Assembly (NCBI RefSeq): GCF_039654945.1
Contig: NW_027361687.1
Location: 73,470,001-73,534,000 of the forward strand
Length of the DNA stretch: 64,000 nucleotides
Source: Dendrobates tinctorius
Lineage: Eukaryota
Direction of reading: 5' to 3'
Shown: positions 11,225 through 25,273 of the stretch, one piece after another
Position numbering within the stretch: the first letter of the stretch is position 1
How the letters are laid out: each line of letters begins with the position of its first letter
Notes under the pieces: model-generated
The model's input: the letters and a program-made list of their open reading frames with translations, nothing else
What the model was told of the DNA's origin: nothing
Database searches by the model: none
Translations under genes and position numbers: made by a program

Positions 11225-11976
11225 ATGGACTGGGATGCCCGGGAGGCTGCTTGGTGGGCCCAATCCTCTAATATTTTTTCCTCTGCTGAGGATACTACAC
11301 CTGGTTCTGATTTTTCTAAATGCTCTTCTGAATTAACTATGGCACATAGGTGTGGTATCAGACTATGGTGAAATATTCGCAGTTTGGAGGAGTACATCAA
11401 GTCCAATATTGTGCCTCGGGGACTTAGGGTTCCCATTTATCCAGCCTGGGAACCTTCTATGAGTTTTTGCAATACAAGGGAACAGGGGCTCTTACGCTGT
11501 TCCAACATTATGATGAATATGCTTTTGGAGCATGATAGGGAATTATTGGCCAGTACTAAACCTAGGATTAAGGAATTGGAGGCCCAATTGACCACGTTTG
11601 ATGATGGCACACAAGTGCAGCCGTTTAAAGTGAAATTGAAGGATACCCTTGATAAATACGATCAGGGCATTATGTTAAAAAAAAATCCAAATTTGCAAGG
11701 GATCGCAAGGATTTTGACTCACAGGAGGCCTTTCAATGGAGGCATAAAGGCAATCAAAGGCAGGTGTCGCGGGTCCAAACAAACACTGGGATGCCACAAG
11801 AACCCTCATGGGGAGTTGACTACACTTCTGGGAGTGATTTTTTATCATCAGCCAAAAGCAAACCAGATGGCGAACCAGGAGGGGACATAAACACAAATCA
11901 GTCTCTGGTACGCACTACCAGGTTCAGGGGCCGCCGACCTCAAATGCAGAAACAAAACAGGAACTTCCGCAAGTGA
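11225..11976 (+). pseudogene. Upstream ORF / N-terminal region of the Penelope-like element (function unknown)
   Basis: MDWDAREAAW...IRLW*NIRSLEEYIKSNIVPRGLRV... with a TGG>TGA stop near 11369 and a frameshift in the A-run near 11680. Contains a coiled-coil-like segment and an R/K/Q-rich tail. Confidence 0.65.
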
Positions 11977-11994
11977 TGCCTCCATCTGGCCCCA

Positions 11995-14347
11995 ATGTTG
12001 GTACTCCGGATATACAGGTATCGTGTGATGTGTTACAAGTCATTAATTTTTCAGATCAACGTATTGACCCCAGTGGAACTTTCAGTTTTGCAGAGAGGTC
12101 TAACTTTTTCACCTGTTCAGGCTTTAGATAAGTTTACTCTAATCAAAGATCTATATTTATTCTGCAGGTGTTTGGTTCTCCGGGTTCTACACAATAGGCC
12201 ACAAATTATGGAGGGTTTTGATCAAACTGACCAGCAGGTGTTCCGTGATCTACTACAGTTATTGCAGGAAAATACTACGGAGCCTGGTAAGACTAACTTT
12301 CCTCATAAAAATAAGTCCACCACAGCTCCGCCCTTTGCTCTTGTACCTGTGATTCGTGTATTTTTTGAACTTGTGAAAAAGGATATTTCATTGCTTCATT
12401 CACGTCCTACGATACCTGATAATCTTAATACTCTTGAGAAACGGGCCATTAATAATCTCAAAGCCAATAAGGCCTTCCTGATTAAGGAAGCAGATAAAGG
12501 GGGCAATGTGGTACTCTGGCCACATGCCCTTTATCTGGAGGAGGCCCATCGCCAGTTGGGCAATACTAGATTCTATAGGAAATTGCCATCTGATCCCACT
12601 GGGGTATTTTCCAGTAAGTTCAGAAGTTTATTGGAGTGGGCTAAGGATCTAGGTATTATTACCAACCAAGACTTCCAATTCCTGTGGGTTGAGCACCCAG
12701 TGACAGCTACATTCTACATGCTGCCAAAGGTCCACAAAAATCTGGACAAGCCCCCTGGCCGACCCATCGTGGCCAGTATTGGCAGTTTGTGTGAGAAGGC
12801 TTGTATATACTATTTTTTACAACCGTTGGTTAGGCATTTTGCTCTCGTTTATACAGGATTCTTTTCACTTTATTATGAACTGTAAGGATGTCACACTGCC
12901 AGCGAGTGCCTTGCTGGTGACCTGTGACGTCGAAGTCCTATACTCTAACATCAGTCATGATGACGGCATTCTAGATGTCCTGTTCTTTCTTGATCAACTG
13001 GGGCATTTAGACAGAATGCATGATTCTTTGGTGGTGGATCTTCTTGAATTTGTCCTCAAGCACAATTATTTTCTATTCTATTGATCCTACTACCTCCAGA
13101 CCTCAGGAGTGGCTATGGGGGCGAGGTGTGCCCCGGCTTTTGCCAATCTATTTCTAGGTTGGTGAGAAGCCACTATGGTCTACCACCCTCTTGAATTGTA
13201 TAATTATAAGGTACGCCACTGGTCATGCTTTTTCGACAACGTCTTTGTTTGGTTGGGCACGGAAGAGGAATGTCGCGCATTTATTGAGCTGTTAAACAAC
13301 AATGTGCTTAACATCTTTCTGACATATTCCATGTCTTCCTCCTCAGTTACTTTTTTGGACTTAGAAGTTTCCATTGATAAAGGTGCCATCTCCACCAAGC
13401 TGTTTCGTAAGCCTACGGCTACCAACAGTCTTCTGGATTTCAGGAGTTTTCATCCATTGCACACGAGGAAGGGGGTCAGTTCCTGAGGACCAGGTGTAAT
13501 TGCACACAGGATGAGGATTTTCGTTCTGAGGCATTGAAGCTCACGGATCGCTTCAGGCAACGGAATTACCTCCGCAGAAGCATCTCTTTGGCGTTTCAGC
13601 GGGCCAATGCCCATACACAGAATGCCCTTTTGGAAGCAAGTAACAAGGTACAAGATAGTAGGCCGCGGTTTATTACGAATTATAACACCCATTTGGCACA
13701 AGTAAGGAATATCCTACAAAGACACTGGGGTATCTTAACCACGGACCTGCAGACATCCAGTATTGTCAGTGATAGGCCACGCCTTACAGCAAGGAGAGCT
13801 CCCAATTTGAGAGATATCTTGACTAGGAGCCATTACTCTAGACAGACCATTAGGTTTAATGGTGGCGTCATCCTTAAAGGGTCATGTGCCTGTGGTGATT
13901 GTAATATTTGTCCCCATATGAGTTCCACCAGGGATTTTTTTACTAATCCGGTTGATGGTACAAGACACAAGCTTAAATCATACATCAACTGTAAAACTGC
14001 CTGTGTGATATACGTTTTAATTTGCCCCTGTCAACGTCTCTATGTTGGCCAGACGTCTCAAGAGTTGCGACGCAGGGTGGAAAAAACATTTTTCAACTAT
14101 TAATCTGGCTTCTAGTGATTTCAGCAAAGGCAAGACCCTGACACTGGTGGTGGACCACTTTTTGGCCCACCATTCTGGCCAAACTAATAACATACAAGTT
14201 AATAGACTGGATAGAGTTTTCAGATCCAATAAAGGTGGCTGTCCTAGGAAGCTTTTGCTTCAAGTCGAATCGAGATGGCTCTTTAACCTTGGTTCTGTTT
14301 CCCCCACAGGTTTGAGCAAGTTACTCTTCACTGGATTCCTGGGTTAG
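11995..14347 (+). pseudogene. Penelope-like reverse transcriptase plus GIY-YIG endonuclease (stops and frameshifts)
   Basis: ADKGGNVV, FYMLPKVHK...PPGRPIV, VTCDVEVLYSNI, GVAMGARCAPAFANLF, FLDLEV..., LFRKPT, CGDCNIC Zn-knuckle, and VIYVLICPCQRLYVGQT...LRRR (GIY-YIG). Confidence 0.92.
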
Positions 14348-14667
14348 GTTGGATCTGGTACATTCGGGTTACCTCATTTGGGACTTGTTATTTATTCCGT
14401 TTTTTGGCTGCTAATTCGTTTTGGACATTCTGATCATTACATTGGAGGAATCTCATTTGGGAGCTCCTGCTCTTTTTGGTATTGATGATGGGACATCATT
14501 GGCAATGCCTTTTTTTACTTTATATTGTCATCAGCTATTGTTCCTGTTCATGGTTCACAGGCCCTCATTGGCTTACATTACACATGTGGGGTCTTGGTTT
14601 TTCGTATGGTTCATTCCATGGTGGGACAGGGGATGTAGATTGTCTCATTGGCTCAAGGGGACACATA

Positions 14668-16301
<1,634 letters not shown>

Positions 16302-17614
16302 TGCATGCATATTTTTCCATTTGGATTCCTTGGGATATTTTGCACAGGTGTTGGTGTTCCATTGTGGGTCACCATGAATGGCTTATTTAGGGCCATTTTA
16401 TGTTATTCATGGGCAGATTTTTAAATGTGCCTTTTTAGGCTTTTGGTGCTAAGTATATTATTTATATTTCTAACTGAATATGTATATTTATACTAGTATT
16501 TTGATGCTTATAGCAACTTGCTAATTATGTTGATAATAATAAAATTTACTTGAAGCATTTATATATTCATATCTGCCTGTGATTCCACAATTTGTGTCTT
16601 CTTTATTCCATGCTTGTTTTATGTTTGCATGTATGGTATGGTTGCCTTCCCTTCCCCCAGGGGTTGTATGTGCATGTATGCTTATGCATAGTGGATAGCT
16701 TTATTTCATATTTGATTAGTGTCTTAAGTGTGATTTTTCTACCACATTTGTGGGTTTACCATCATCTGTGCACTTTATCTCTTTTGATATGTGTTTTCTT
16801 TTTCAAGATGGCACTATTGTGCCCTGTGGTATGTGTTTTTTCATTTGATATATATATTTTTTTCACCGCATTTTGATGGTATGCCTGAGTTTTATTATAA
16901 TTTTTTTTGCAGGCTCACCAACACCGCATGGTTCAACTTGGCACGGTTATAACTTCCATATTACATTATATAAGTTTGGTCACTACGGTGGCCATTTGCT
17001 ATCTAATGCGTTAAACGCCTTGATACAGACGGGGTTAAGTCCCTATAATCTATGCCATGCCAGCTTCTATCCCACCCAGTTGCAACTTTCTGCCTTGGGG
17101 AGATCTGCCTGCGTTCCACCTCATGCAGGTGTATTGAGTCCTGTGGTTCATCACACGCAGGCGCTTTGACGTCCTACATTTTTATATGAATGCTGGCTTG
17201 ATTCCCTCATCTCTTTGTTTTAATTTTGGAGGTCATGCGCAGTTTACTCTGGATATAAAGGGACTTTTTTTTTTTCCCTGTCATCATATACAGGCGCTGT
17301 GACGCCTGGTGATCTACTCTGCGCGGGCGCACTGATTCCGAGCTTCCTGTGTTAATACAGGAGCGTCCTACGCCTCATTGTTTCTGCTATACCTAATGGT
17401 CATGCGCAGTTTATTCTAATTGTTTATGCACAATGACGTCTTCATGCCCCACATGACATGGGTTTCCTGCTATGCCCACTGTGATTACAGCAGTCTTGTG
17501 CGGTACATCTCTTGGTATCCTGGCCCTGGGCTGCGGGCGTGCCACACATCGGTGGGTTATCAAATAATTATTTTCATTGTATTTAAGGTCGATTGGCCAT
17601 AGTGTGTTTCACTT

Positions 17615-17655
17615 CCTCTGACGAAGCCTCACTTGAGGGGGCAATACGCGTGGGG
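17615..17655 (+). ncRNA. Second copy of the hammerhead-like motif (further decayed)
   Basis: CCT-CTGACGA-A-GCCTCACTTGAGGGGGC-AATA-CGCG-TG-GGG. G12>A is consistent with CpG decay. Confidence 0.55.
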
Positions 17656-18090
17656 TTACATCTGCGGTCCACTTAGACCCTTGGGAGCAGTGGGTTCCTG
17701 ACTCTCTCCTGGTAATATGCTGACACTGGGGCTTTTTTGGAAGGTGTCTTCATTGTTTGAGCTTTCCTTCTGGGTTCATATTGTCCACCGGTTATTAGAC
17801 TGGTGAGACAGTTTGTATTTTTCCTTGATCTCCCCTTGGGATCATTCTCCCTTTGGGATTATTATTCTATCAAGCTTTCCAGGTCCTATTGGACAGGTTA
17901 CATTCATATGTTTTGCTTTAGCCTCATGAGCCACTAGGAGAGGGGTTATTTGGGGGTCTTTTACTGTCTAATCTCATGCATGGGAGTCATTATTGAATCA
18001 ATTTTTCTCTGGGGACACAGTTCTATGTTTTTAAGTGTGTTTTAATTGTAATTGTGTGCCAATAAAATTGTTTTGATTTATATTTTCTAT

Positions 18091-18865
18091 TGTGGTGTAA
18101 TGACCCCTGTGTCCGCTAGGGGGCGCTGTGTGGATGTCCCAAGAGAGAGGATGAGTGGCAGAATATGGAAAGACCGTTATGTATCTCAAGGTGAGTGGCC
18201 TTGAGATGGAGACTGATACATGTGTTGAGCAGCAGGGATACTGCTGCGGTGCTGTGTTATTGTGTCAGAGAGAAGTCTCCAGGTAACTAGGGAGACGGGT
18301 GGACCTAGTTACCTACAAACCCACCCAGGGGGTGTGTTTAGTACACTATAGTAAAATATTGTGAGTGTGTCAAGGCCTGTGATGAGGTCATAGCCATGTG
18401 ACCCTGTGGGTGTGGCTATGGACCATATATGGTGGCCAGGGTAGGTCACAGGGGGTGAATGCAGGGACCTGGTTGGTCCAGAGCGGAAGGTCCCGCGAGG
18501 AGAGTTGTCTCCTGGCTCACAGCATGTGAGGTGGCTGTGAGCAATGGCGATGTGTGTCTGAGAGTTCCCTGGAGGGAACGAACGTGCGAGATGGTGAAGC
18601 CGCATGAGGAACCCTGACGTGGGTGAGATAACTCTGAGGCTAAAGAGCCTGTGAAATGGACATTTGCATAACCTGTGTGAGTACAGGATAACCAGAGTGA
18701 AGCTCTGTAATGGACGCTAAGCTGATGTCTATTGCTGCTGTGGGTTTATGATGGAGGAATAAACCGCATGGACTATGTTATGGTTTTATGAAAACACGGT
18801 GCCGGATGTGTTTTATTCGCTGCGTAGCGAGTGATCCCCTAACTGAATGACAGCGCTACCTCACA
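18091..18865 (+). mobile_element. Solo LTR (Gypsy-like), 775 bp
   Basis: TGTG...CACA termini. Absent from the 5' pLTR copy, with 4 extra bases at the junction (CTAT/ATAT). AATAAA near 18758. Confidence 0.85.
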
Positions 18866-18929
18866 ATATATATATTTTTCTGTGGTGTGCATTATTCCAG
18901 TAGTGCTTTTTTTCTTCTTTAGTTATCAC

Positions 18930-19388
18930 TCAAAAAGCCCGAGAAAGATGTCTGCATATATTCTTCTACCCAGGAAGCTAAAGGGTCGGTTCTAAGCAGA
19001 ACATACTATTTCTTAAAAGAAAAATACTCATGTATACAGAAACAGAAAAAATGGGTAACCGATGACCTCTATTTGCTATGAACAAATAGTTAAAAGAGGA
19101 TATGTATTGTGGAGAACAAGGATATCTATTCTGGGAATTTGACAACTAGGCTGAAATGTGTTTACATATGGAAGGAGAATTATCCTTTCCCGTACCCAGA
19201 TTCTAGACCCATTTTTAATTCCCATTTGTAAAATATTTTGTATATTTTTATAAACACTGCCTATCTTTCCAGATTAAATATACATTTTAATAGTTCTGTT
19301 CCTTTTGTTCTGTAAACCGCACCCCGAAGCCATACGCTACCTGTACAGGTGTTCAATCGGTCTGTATAAACTATTGGTGGTGGCAGCC
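18930..19388 (+). mobile_element. LTR remnant with possible primer-binding site
   Basis: 19097-19210 is homologous to 23128-23240, which lies in the LTR after the polypurine tract. TGGTGGCAGC near 19378 is PBS-like. Confidence 0.5.
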
Positions 19389-19579
19389 AGTAGTTACTTT
19401 TGTTATTGTAGAGCTGGCAGTGACCATACTAGAGTATATACATATTCCATGCGTTGGAATCTGAGGTGTGTATACCATTCTCTCACTGTTTCCCAAAAAC
19501 TGGCCTAGTAGTGATAACAGTTGGCCAATTGTGTAATTGTCCCGAAGATAGGGGGCACCAGAGGGCTATTTGCGACAAA

Positions 19580-21394
19580 AATGGTAACAGTAGGCTGGGT
19601 CTGCACGACTCCCCGGCTGTGATCTTTGACAATTGGTGGGATATTACAGAGCATCAGTGACTGGATTGAGGAATCATTTCTTTCAATGAAAACTTGCACT
19701 GTTCTTGTATATGTCTGACATCCATGTCCACTCCTGAGGTCTTATGTGTGCAGTCAAACCTGAAAAACGACGGCCTTGTTGATGCTGGTATTCAACAACT
19801 GCCTGCTTCTGCTCACAAATCCATTCTAACATATGCAGTGTAGCGTTCCAAAGCATGGGGACATCACACACCAGTCAGTGAGCCAGAATCTGCAATCGCT
19901 GCTGAAGCACAGCAAGGGCGGCTGAAGCTGGAGCTGACTTTCTAAAATGTGAACACAGGCGGCGTACTTTAACGAGCAGATACGGCAGCTCCGGATAGCT
20001 TTTTAGAAAACATTGAACAACGATGTTCAGCACATGGGCCGTGGTTAGGTGTACTTACCCAGTAACTGCATTGTTGAGGGCACGGGTAATGTTGTGGGAC
20101 ACATGCTTGTGTAATGCCGGGACGACACAGCGGGAGAAATAGTGGCGGCTGGGGACAGAGTACCTTGGGATGGCCGCTGCCATCAGGTTGCAGAAAGCTT
20201 TCATCTCCACGAGCCTAAAAGGCAACATTTCGAGCGCAAGCAGATGTGAAATATGAGAATTGAGTACTGTGGCCTGTGGGGCGTTGGCTGCATATTTCCG
20301 CTTATCTTCCAATGACTGGGGTATGGACAACTGAAGGCTGCGCTGCAACAAGGATGTGGACGTGCTTGATGATGGTGCTATTTGACTGTGGACAACAGCA
20401 GGTGTAGGGCAGGAGGCATCTTCTCATGCTCCGTGAACAGGGGATTGGCTTGCATGCACAACAGTGGAAGAAGCAGTGGTGTAAACCGCAGACACTGTTC
20501 CTGGAACCTGGGGTTGGGCCCACAAAGTCGGGTGCTTTGCTGCCATGTGCCTGATCATGCTGGTGGTGGTAAGGCTGGTAGTTTTGCTAACCCTGCTGAT
20601 GCTGGCGTGACAGGTGTTGCAAATCGCCTGTTTGGGGTTATCAGCAGAGTCTTTAAAAAATAACCTGACTCGGGAAGACCTAACAATTGGACTGGCAGCT
20701 TCCGTCAGGTTGGTGTTAACGGGGAATGGTTGCATGCCTTGTGTCTGCAGCCGCCACACTGCTTCTTCCTGCCTGAAGTAGTGCGACCCCTACCTCCCCA
20801 TGTGTGCTGCTATCCTCGCTCTGCATGTCCTCCTGCCAGGTTGGGTCTGTTACTACATCATCCACCACCTCATCTTCCACTTCCCCACCCTGGTCGTCCC
20901 CCTGACTTTCTGGCAATTGTGTCTCATCAACGTCCACCTCTTGTGACCGTGGCTGCTCAAAGATTTGTGCATCGCTACATGGAATATCATCTTGCCCGGA
21001 TTCAGTGGACAGGGCGAGAGGCACGAATCTCCAAATGTCCGAGTCTGGGATCAGTTGTCTCAGGGCACTCAGCATGATGGGAGGAAGTAGGATCAGGGTC
21101 AGGAATATGCAGTCCAGATTCACGGCTACTGTGACTTGACCGTGTTGAAGACAAGGTGCTGATGGTGGTGGATAAGTATCTGGAAGTATTATCCGCTATC
21201 CAACCAACAACCTTTTCACACAGCTCGGGCTTCAATAGTGCTGTCTTGCCGCGGTCCCCTAGGACTTCGGACAATAAGGTCCAGCGAGAAGATGTGGGTG
21301 CTTTTGGTGGGCCAATTTCAGCTTTCCCACGGCCTCGGCCTGCACTATCACCATCACGTCCACTTCCCCGTCACTTGCCACGTGCCTTGCCCAT
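19580..21394 (-). pseudogene. hAT (Ac/ZBED-like) transposase with BED zinc finger, disrupted
   Basis: RG-rich start MGKARG..., BED finger FF...AICNTC...TTSMIRHMAAKHP, LPFRLVE...PRYSVPSRHYFS, AHVLNIVVQ, CDVPMLWNATLHML (TRWNST-like). Confidence 0.85.
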
Positions 21395-21577
21395 TGTAAA
21401 TGGACTAGAATGTTATACATGTTCACTACAAAAGGGTGATTTGGGAGGCAACTTGTATGTGATATGTGTGCTTGAAAACCACACTTTTACCTATCTGGAC
21501 TTTAGGAAAAATGCTTTTTGCCTTATCAGATTTAATAAGTACGTCGCGAACAGACTGCAAAAAAAACCCAATGTTTT

Positions 21578-21935
21578 GGCCTAAACTGGGCAAACTTTGA
21601 GCACGCACAGATATTAGCTGGCATGGAGATACCACACCTAAAAATGTGTGGCCTATATTTTTTTGCTAACTACTGCTGTATATAAGTACAGTGACACCCA
21701 GGCCAAAAAAAGGAAAACCGGCCTAAACTGGCCAAACTTTGAGCATACACAGATATAAGCTGGCACGGCCATACCACTATGGCAAATGTGTTTTTTTTTT
21801 TGCTAAATAGTGCTGTATATAAGTACAGTTTCACCCAGGACAAAAAAAGAAAAATGCTGTAAACTGGCCAAACTTTGAGCACACACAGATATGAGGCGGC
21901 ACGGAGATACCACACCAAAAAATGTGTGGCCTGTA
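21578..21935. repeat. Tandem repeat of ~140-bp unit, about 2.5 copies, in the hAT leader
   Basis: TAAACTGG(G/C)CAAACTTTGAGCA..CACAGATAT at about 21582, 21725 and 21860. Confidence 0.8.
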
Positions 21936-22619
21936 TTCCAACTACACCTGGGGCTAGCTATATACGGACAATATATCCTACAGGTAGCAGCAGCAGCACC
22001 AGAACACAGGAAGGAAATGGACCCTCTTGATTTATGCAATGATCTATACACACATACAGTGCCTGCAGGCCTTGCACTAATGTGTATAGTGCAATATACA
22101 CTACCCTGCCTAACTAACACTGGAACCTATATACTCCAGAATTATTCCTTAGAAGGACTGTTGGTTTAGCTGGATTTGAGTAGTTTAGGATGGTAGACCC
22201 CACACTAATAAATCCACAATTCTGACCCTATCTTGGCAGCAGCTCTCCCTACATTATCTCAATCCGGAGCTGAATGCGCAGAGCAGGGCGGCGTCTGGTC
22301 TCTTATTCCCCTGATGATGCTGCACGGTCAGCCAATCACTGCACAAACACAACAAAGATGGCTGCGGCATTTCATTGCCTGGCAGACAATCCCTGCATTG
22401 TGATTGGTTCTGTAAAGTCCGCCAAAAAAGCTGGGTGGAGACCCGAGTTCCCGCCGAGTAATACTGGAAATGCTCGGTGCCCAACGAGTACCCCGAGTAC
22501 CTTGGTACTCGGGCGAATAACAAGTAGTTCGCTCATCACTAGTCATGACCACATAGTAACTGAATAATACCACATACAAGGAACAAATTGTAAACACAGA
22601 GGCAGAAGAGCATCTGGTA

Positions 22620-22891
22620 ATGTTCCTCAGCTCTTACCCTGGGAAGTGGCATATGCAACTGTGGAGGACGAGTGTCTCGCTATAGTGTTGGCCCTGCGGA
22701 AGCTGCAGCTCTACCTATACTGGTGCAACTTCACCTTAGTGACTGATCACAACTCTCTCAGCTGGCTGCATCGGATGGCTCGTGACAACGGTAAACTACT
22801 GTGGTGGAGCTTGGCTCTACAACAGTATGATTTTACCATTCAGCACAAAAAGGTAGCGATCATGGCAATGCTGACGAGTTGTCCCACCTGA
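22620..22891 (+). pseudogene. Ty3/Gypsy RNase H fragment (pol C-terminus)
   Basis: YATVEDECLAIVLALRKLQLYL...FTLVTDH.SLSWL...WSLALQQYDFTIQHK, then a frameshift and HGNADELS. Confidence 0.88.
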
Positions 22892-22950
22892 GGGATTCTG
22901 AGGAGGTAGGCTTGGGAGAAGATCTGTAAATTAGTCTCCGATGCAACCTC

Positions 22951-23330
22951 AAAAGGAGGAGGTGTGATGGATAAATTAAAATCTCCAGGAGAAAGAGCCT
23001 ATGCTTCACTGAATACATGTTTAACATAGGGAAAGAAAGGAAATTATGTGTAGTAGCTAGGAGGTGATGAAACTCATTAAAACCCCCTTTTAAGCTGGGA
23101 CTGCCTGCGGTGACCAAATGGTTAAAACAGGATATCTATTGTGGAGAACGGGATACCTGTTCTGGGAAAACAACTACTAGGCTGAAATGTGTTTACACAT
23201 GGGAGAGAGACTATCTTTTCCCGGGCCCAGATTCTAGACATGCCATCTCTGATGGTCAGATATGAATATTGAGGAGTGTATCGATTCGATAGACAGCTCA
23301 ATTGAATTGATATTGATGGGATATACATTT
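22951..23330 (+). mobile_element. Polypurine tract plus truncated 3' LTR
   Basis: AAAAGGAGGAGG (22951-22962) is immediately followed by TGTGATGG. Confidence 0.65.
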
Positions 23331-23334
23331 TCAA

Positions 23335-23515
23335 CTTCAGGACTATGTTGCAATAAAATGTAAGTTAATTATGTAAAAATCATACAATGTGTTTATCAGT
23401 ATTTTATTTTAAGATTCTGCCTCTCACAGTTGAAGTGTATTTACGATAAGAATTGAACGTAGGTGTGAAAACTTGCAAAATCGGTAGTTTATCAAATGCT
23501 TATTTTTCCCCACTG
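23335..23515. mobile_element. Orphan Tc1 right-TIR remnant
   Basis: Ends AAATGCTTATTTTTCCCCACTG|TA and resembles the TIR class of the element at 54199-55805. Confidence 0.65.
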
Positions 23516-23687
23516 TATATATTTTTTCCACAGTAGTTAAAAGCCATTATGTTATTTTCTACAGTGCCATTTGAGGGCACTTTGATTGGAAATATCTGGG
23601 TAGTGCCTTGCCAAAGCCTTCTTCCATTACATAGTTGCGCAACTACAAAGTTCAGCAAGCCTTTCAATAGAGGTACACTATACTGTA

Positions 23688-25236
23688 CAGTGGGTATGGA
23701 AAGTATTCAGACCACTTTAAATTTTTCACTCTTTGTTTCATTACAGGCATTTGGTAAATTCAAAAAAGTTCATTTTTTTTCTTATTTACACTCTGCACCC
23801 CATCTTGACTGAAAAAACAGTAATGTGGACATTTTTGTAAATTTATTAAAAAAGAAAAACTGAAATATCACATGGTCATAAGTATTCAGACCCTTTGCAC
23901 AGTACTGAGTAGAAGCACCCTTTTGTGCTAGTACAGCCATATGAGTCTTCTTGGGAATGTTGCAACAAGTTTTTCACACCTGGATTTGGGGATCCTCTGC
24001 CATTTTTCTTGCAGATCCTTTCCAGCTCCGTCATGTTGGATGGTGAACGTTTGTGGACAGCCATTTTCAGGTCTCTCCAAAGATGCTCAATTGGATTTAG
24101 GTCAGGGCTCTGGCTGGGCCAGTCAAGAATGGTGACAAAGTTGTTCTTAAGTCACTCCTTTGTTATTTTAGCTGAGTGCTTAGGGTCATTGTATTGTTGA
24201 AAGGTGAACCTTCGGCCATGTCTGAGGTCCAGAGCACTCTGGAAGAGGTTTTTCATGCAGGATATCTCTGTACTTGGCAGGACATCTCTGTACGTGGCCA
24301 CATTCATGTTTCCTTCAATTGCAACCAGTCGTCCTGTCCCTGCAGCTGAAAAGCACCTCCATAGCATGATGGTGCTACCACCATGCTTTACTATTGGGAT
24401 TGTATTGGGCAGGTGATGAGCAGTGCCTGGTTTTCTCCACACATACCACTTAGAATTATCACCAAAAAGTTCTATCTTCATCTCATCAGACCAGAGAATC
24501 TTTTTTTTTCATAGTCTGGGAATCCTTCATGTGTTTTTGTAACAGGGAGCAGGGAGATTGTCGTGGCTGATCATGGTTGCTCTGTCACCCTCTTGTCTCC
24601 TGCCACATACACACAATGTCCCCTTTGTAGCATACCATTCTTTCCACTTTCAGATCCATCAGGGTCCCGTCTGATCTGCTGAGGATTTCCTTCTGACAGT
24701 TTTCAAACAGAGACAGAGTCCAGTCCAACTTAAAATAAACGATTTTACCAGGTTCCAACCTCAGTACATCCTGCTCAGTCACAGAAGCAAATTAGAGTTC
24801 ATCGCAGAATACATCCTTTTCTTTCTTTTTGCTTTCCCTCACTTCTTTCGGAATGCCCCAGGGTCGTACAGACTTGTCCGGTACCGCAGGGTTCCGTTTC
24901 ACCCCAGACATAAGGGCATCTGCCCACGTAGTTAGCTGCCACATATTGGAGCTGCCCTGCATTCCTTTACTGCTGTGACCTTTGGCCCACAGGCCCTGGA
25001 TGACTGGGTTACTTGCTTAATGTTACATTGCCAACTGCCCTATCCGGACTCCCAGGCCCTACTGGCTAAAATGGGTGAAAACTCACTCACTTACCCACAG
25101 TTAGCCCCTCCTATGTTAACAATTTCCTAACCTACTCTATATGTGCTAATGTGTCCCCATCTAGTGGGTTAACTTCATCACTGCACTTTCCCTGCATGCA
25201 ATCACATGTACGTTGTATTACACATAACCACACATT

Positions 25237-25273
<37 letters not shown>

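Larger units (their letters stand above)
17263..18926 (+). repeat. 3' pseudo-LTR of the Penelope-like element (interrupted 18091-18865)
   Basis: Direct repeat of 10076-10960. Confidence 0.9.
19580..22541 (-). mobile_element. hAT DNA transposon, truncated
   Basis: TIR TAGTGATGAGCGAAC at 22541-22527, subterminal CGAGTA repeats, and a transposase on the minus strand. The other end was not found. Confidence 0.8.
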
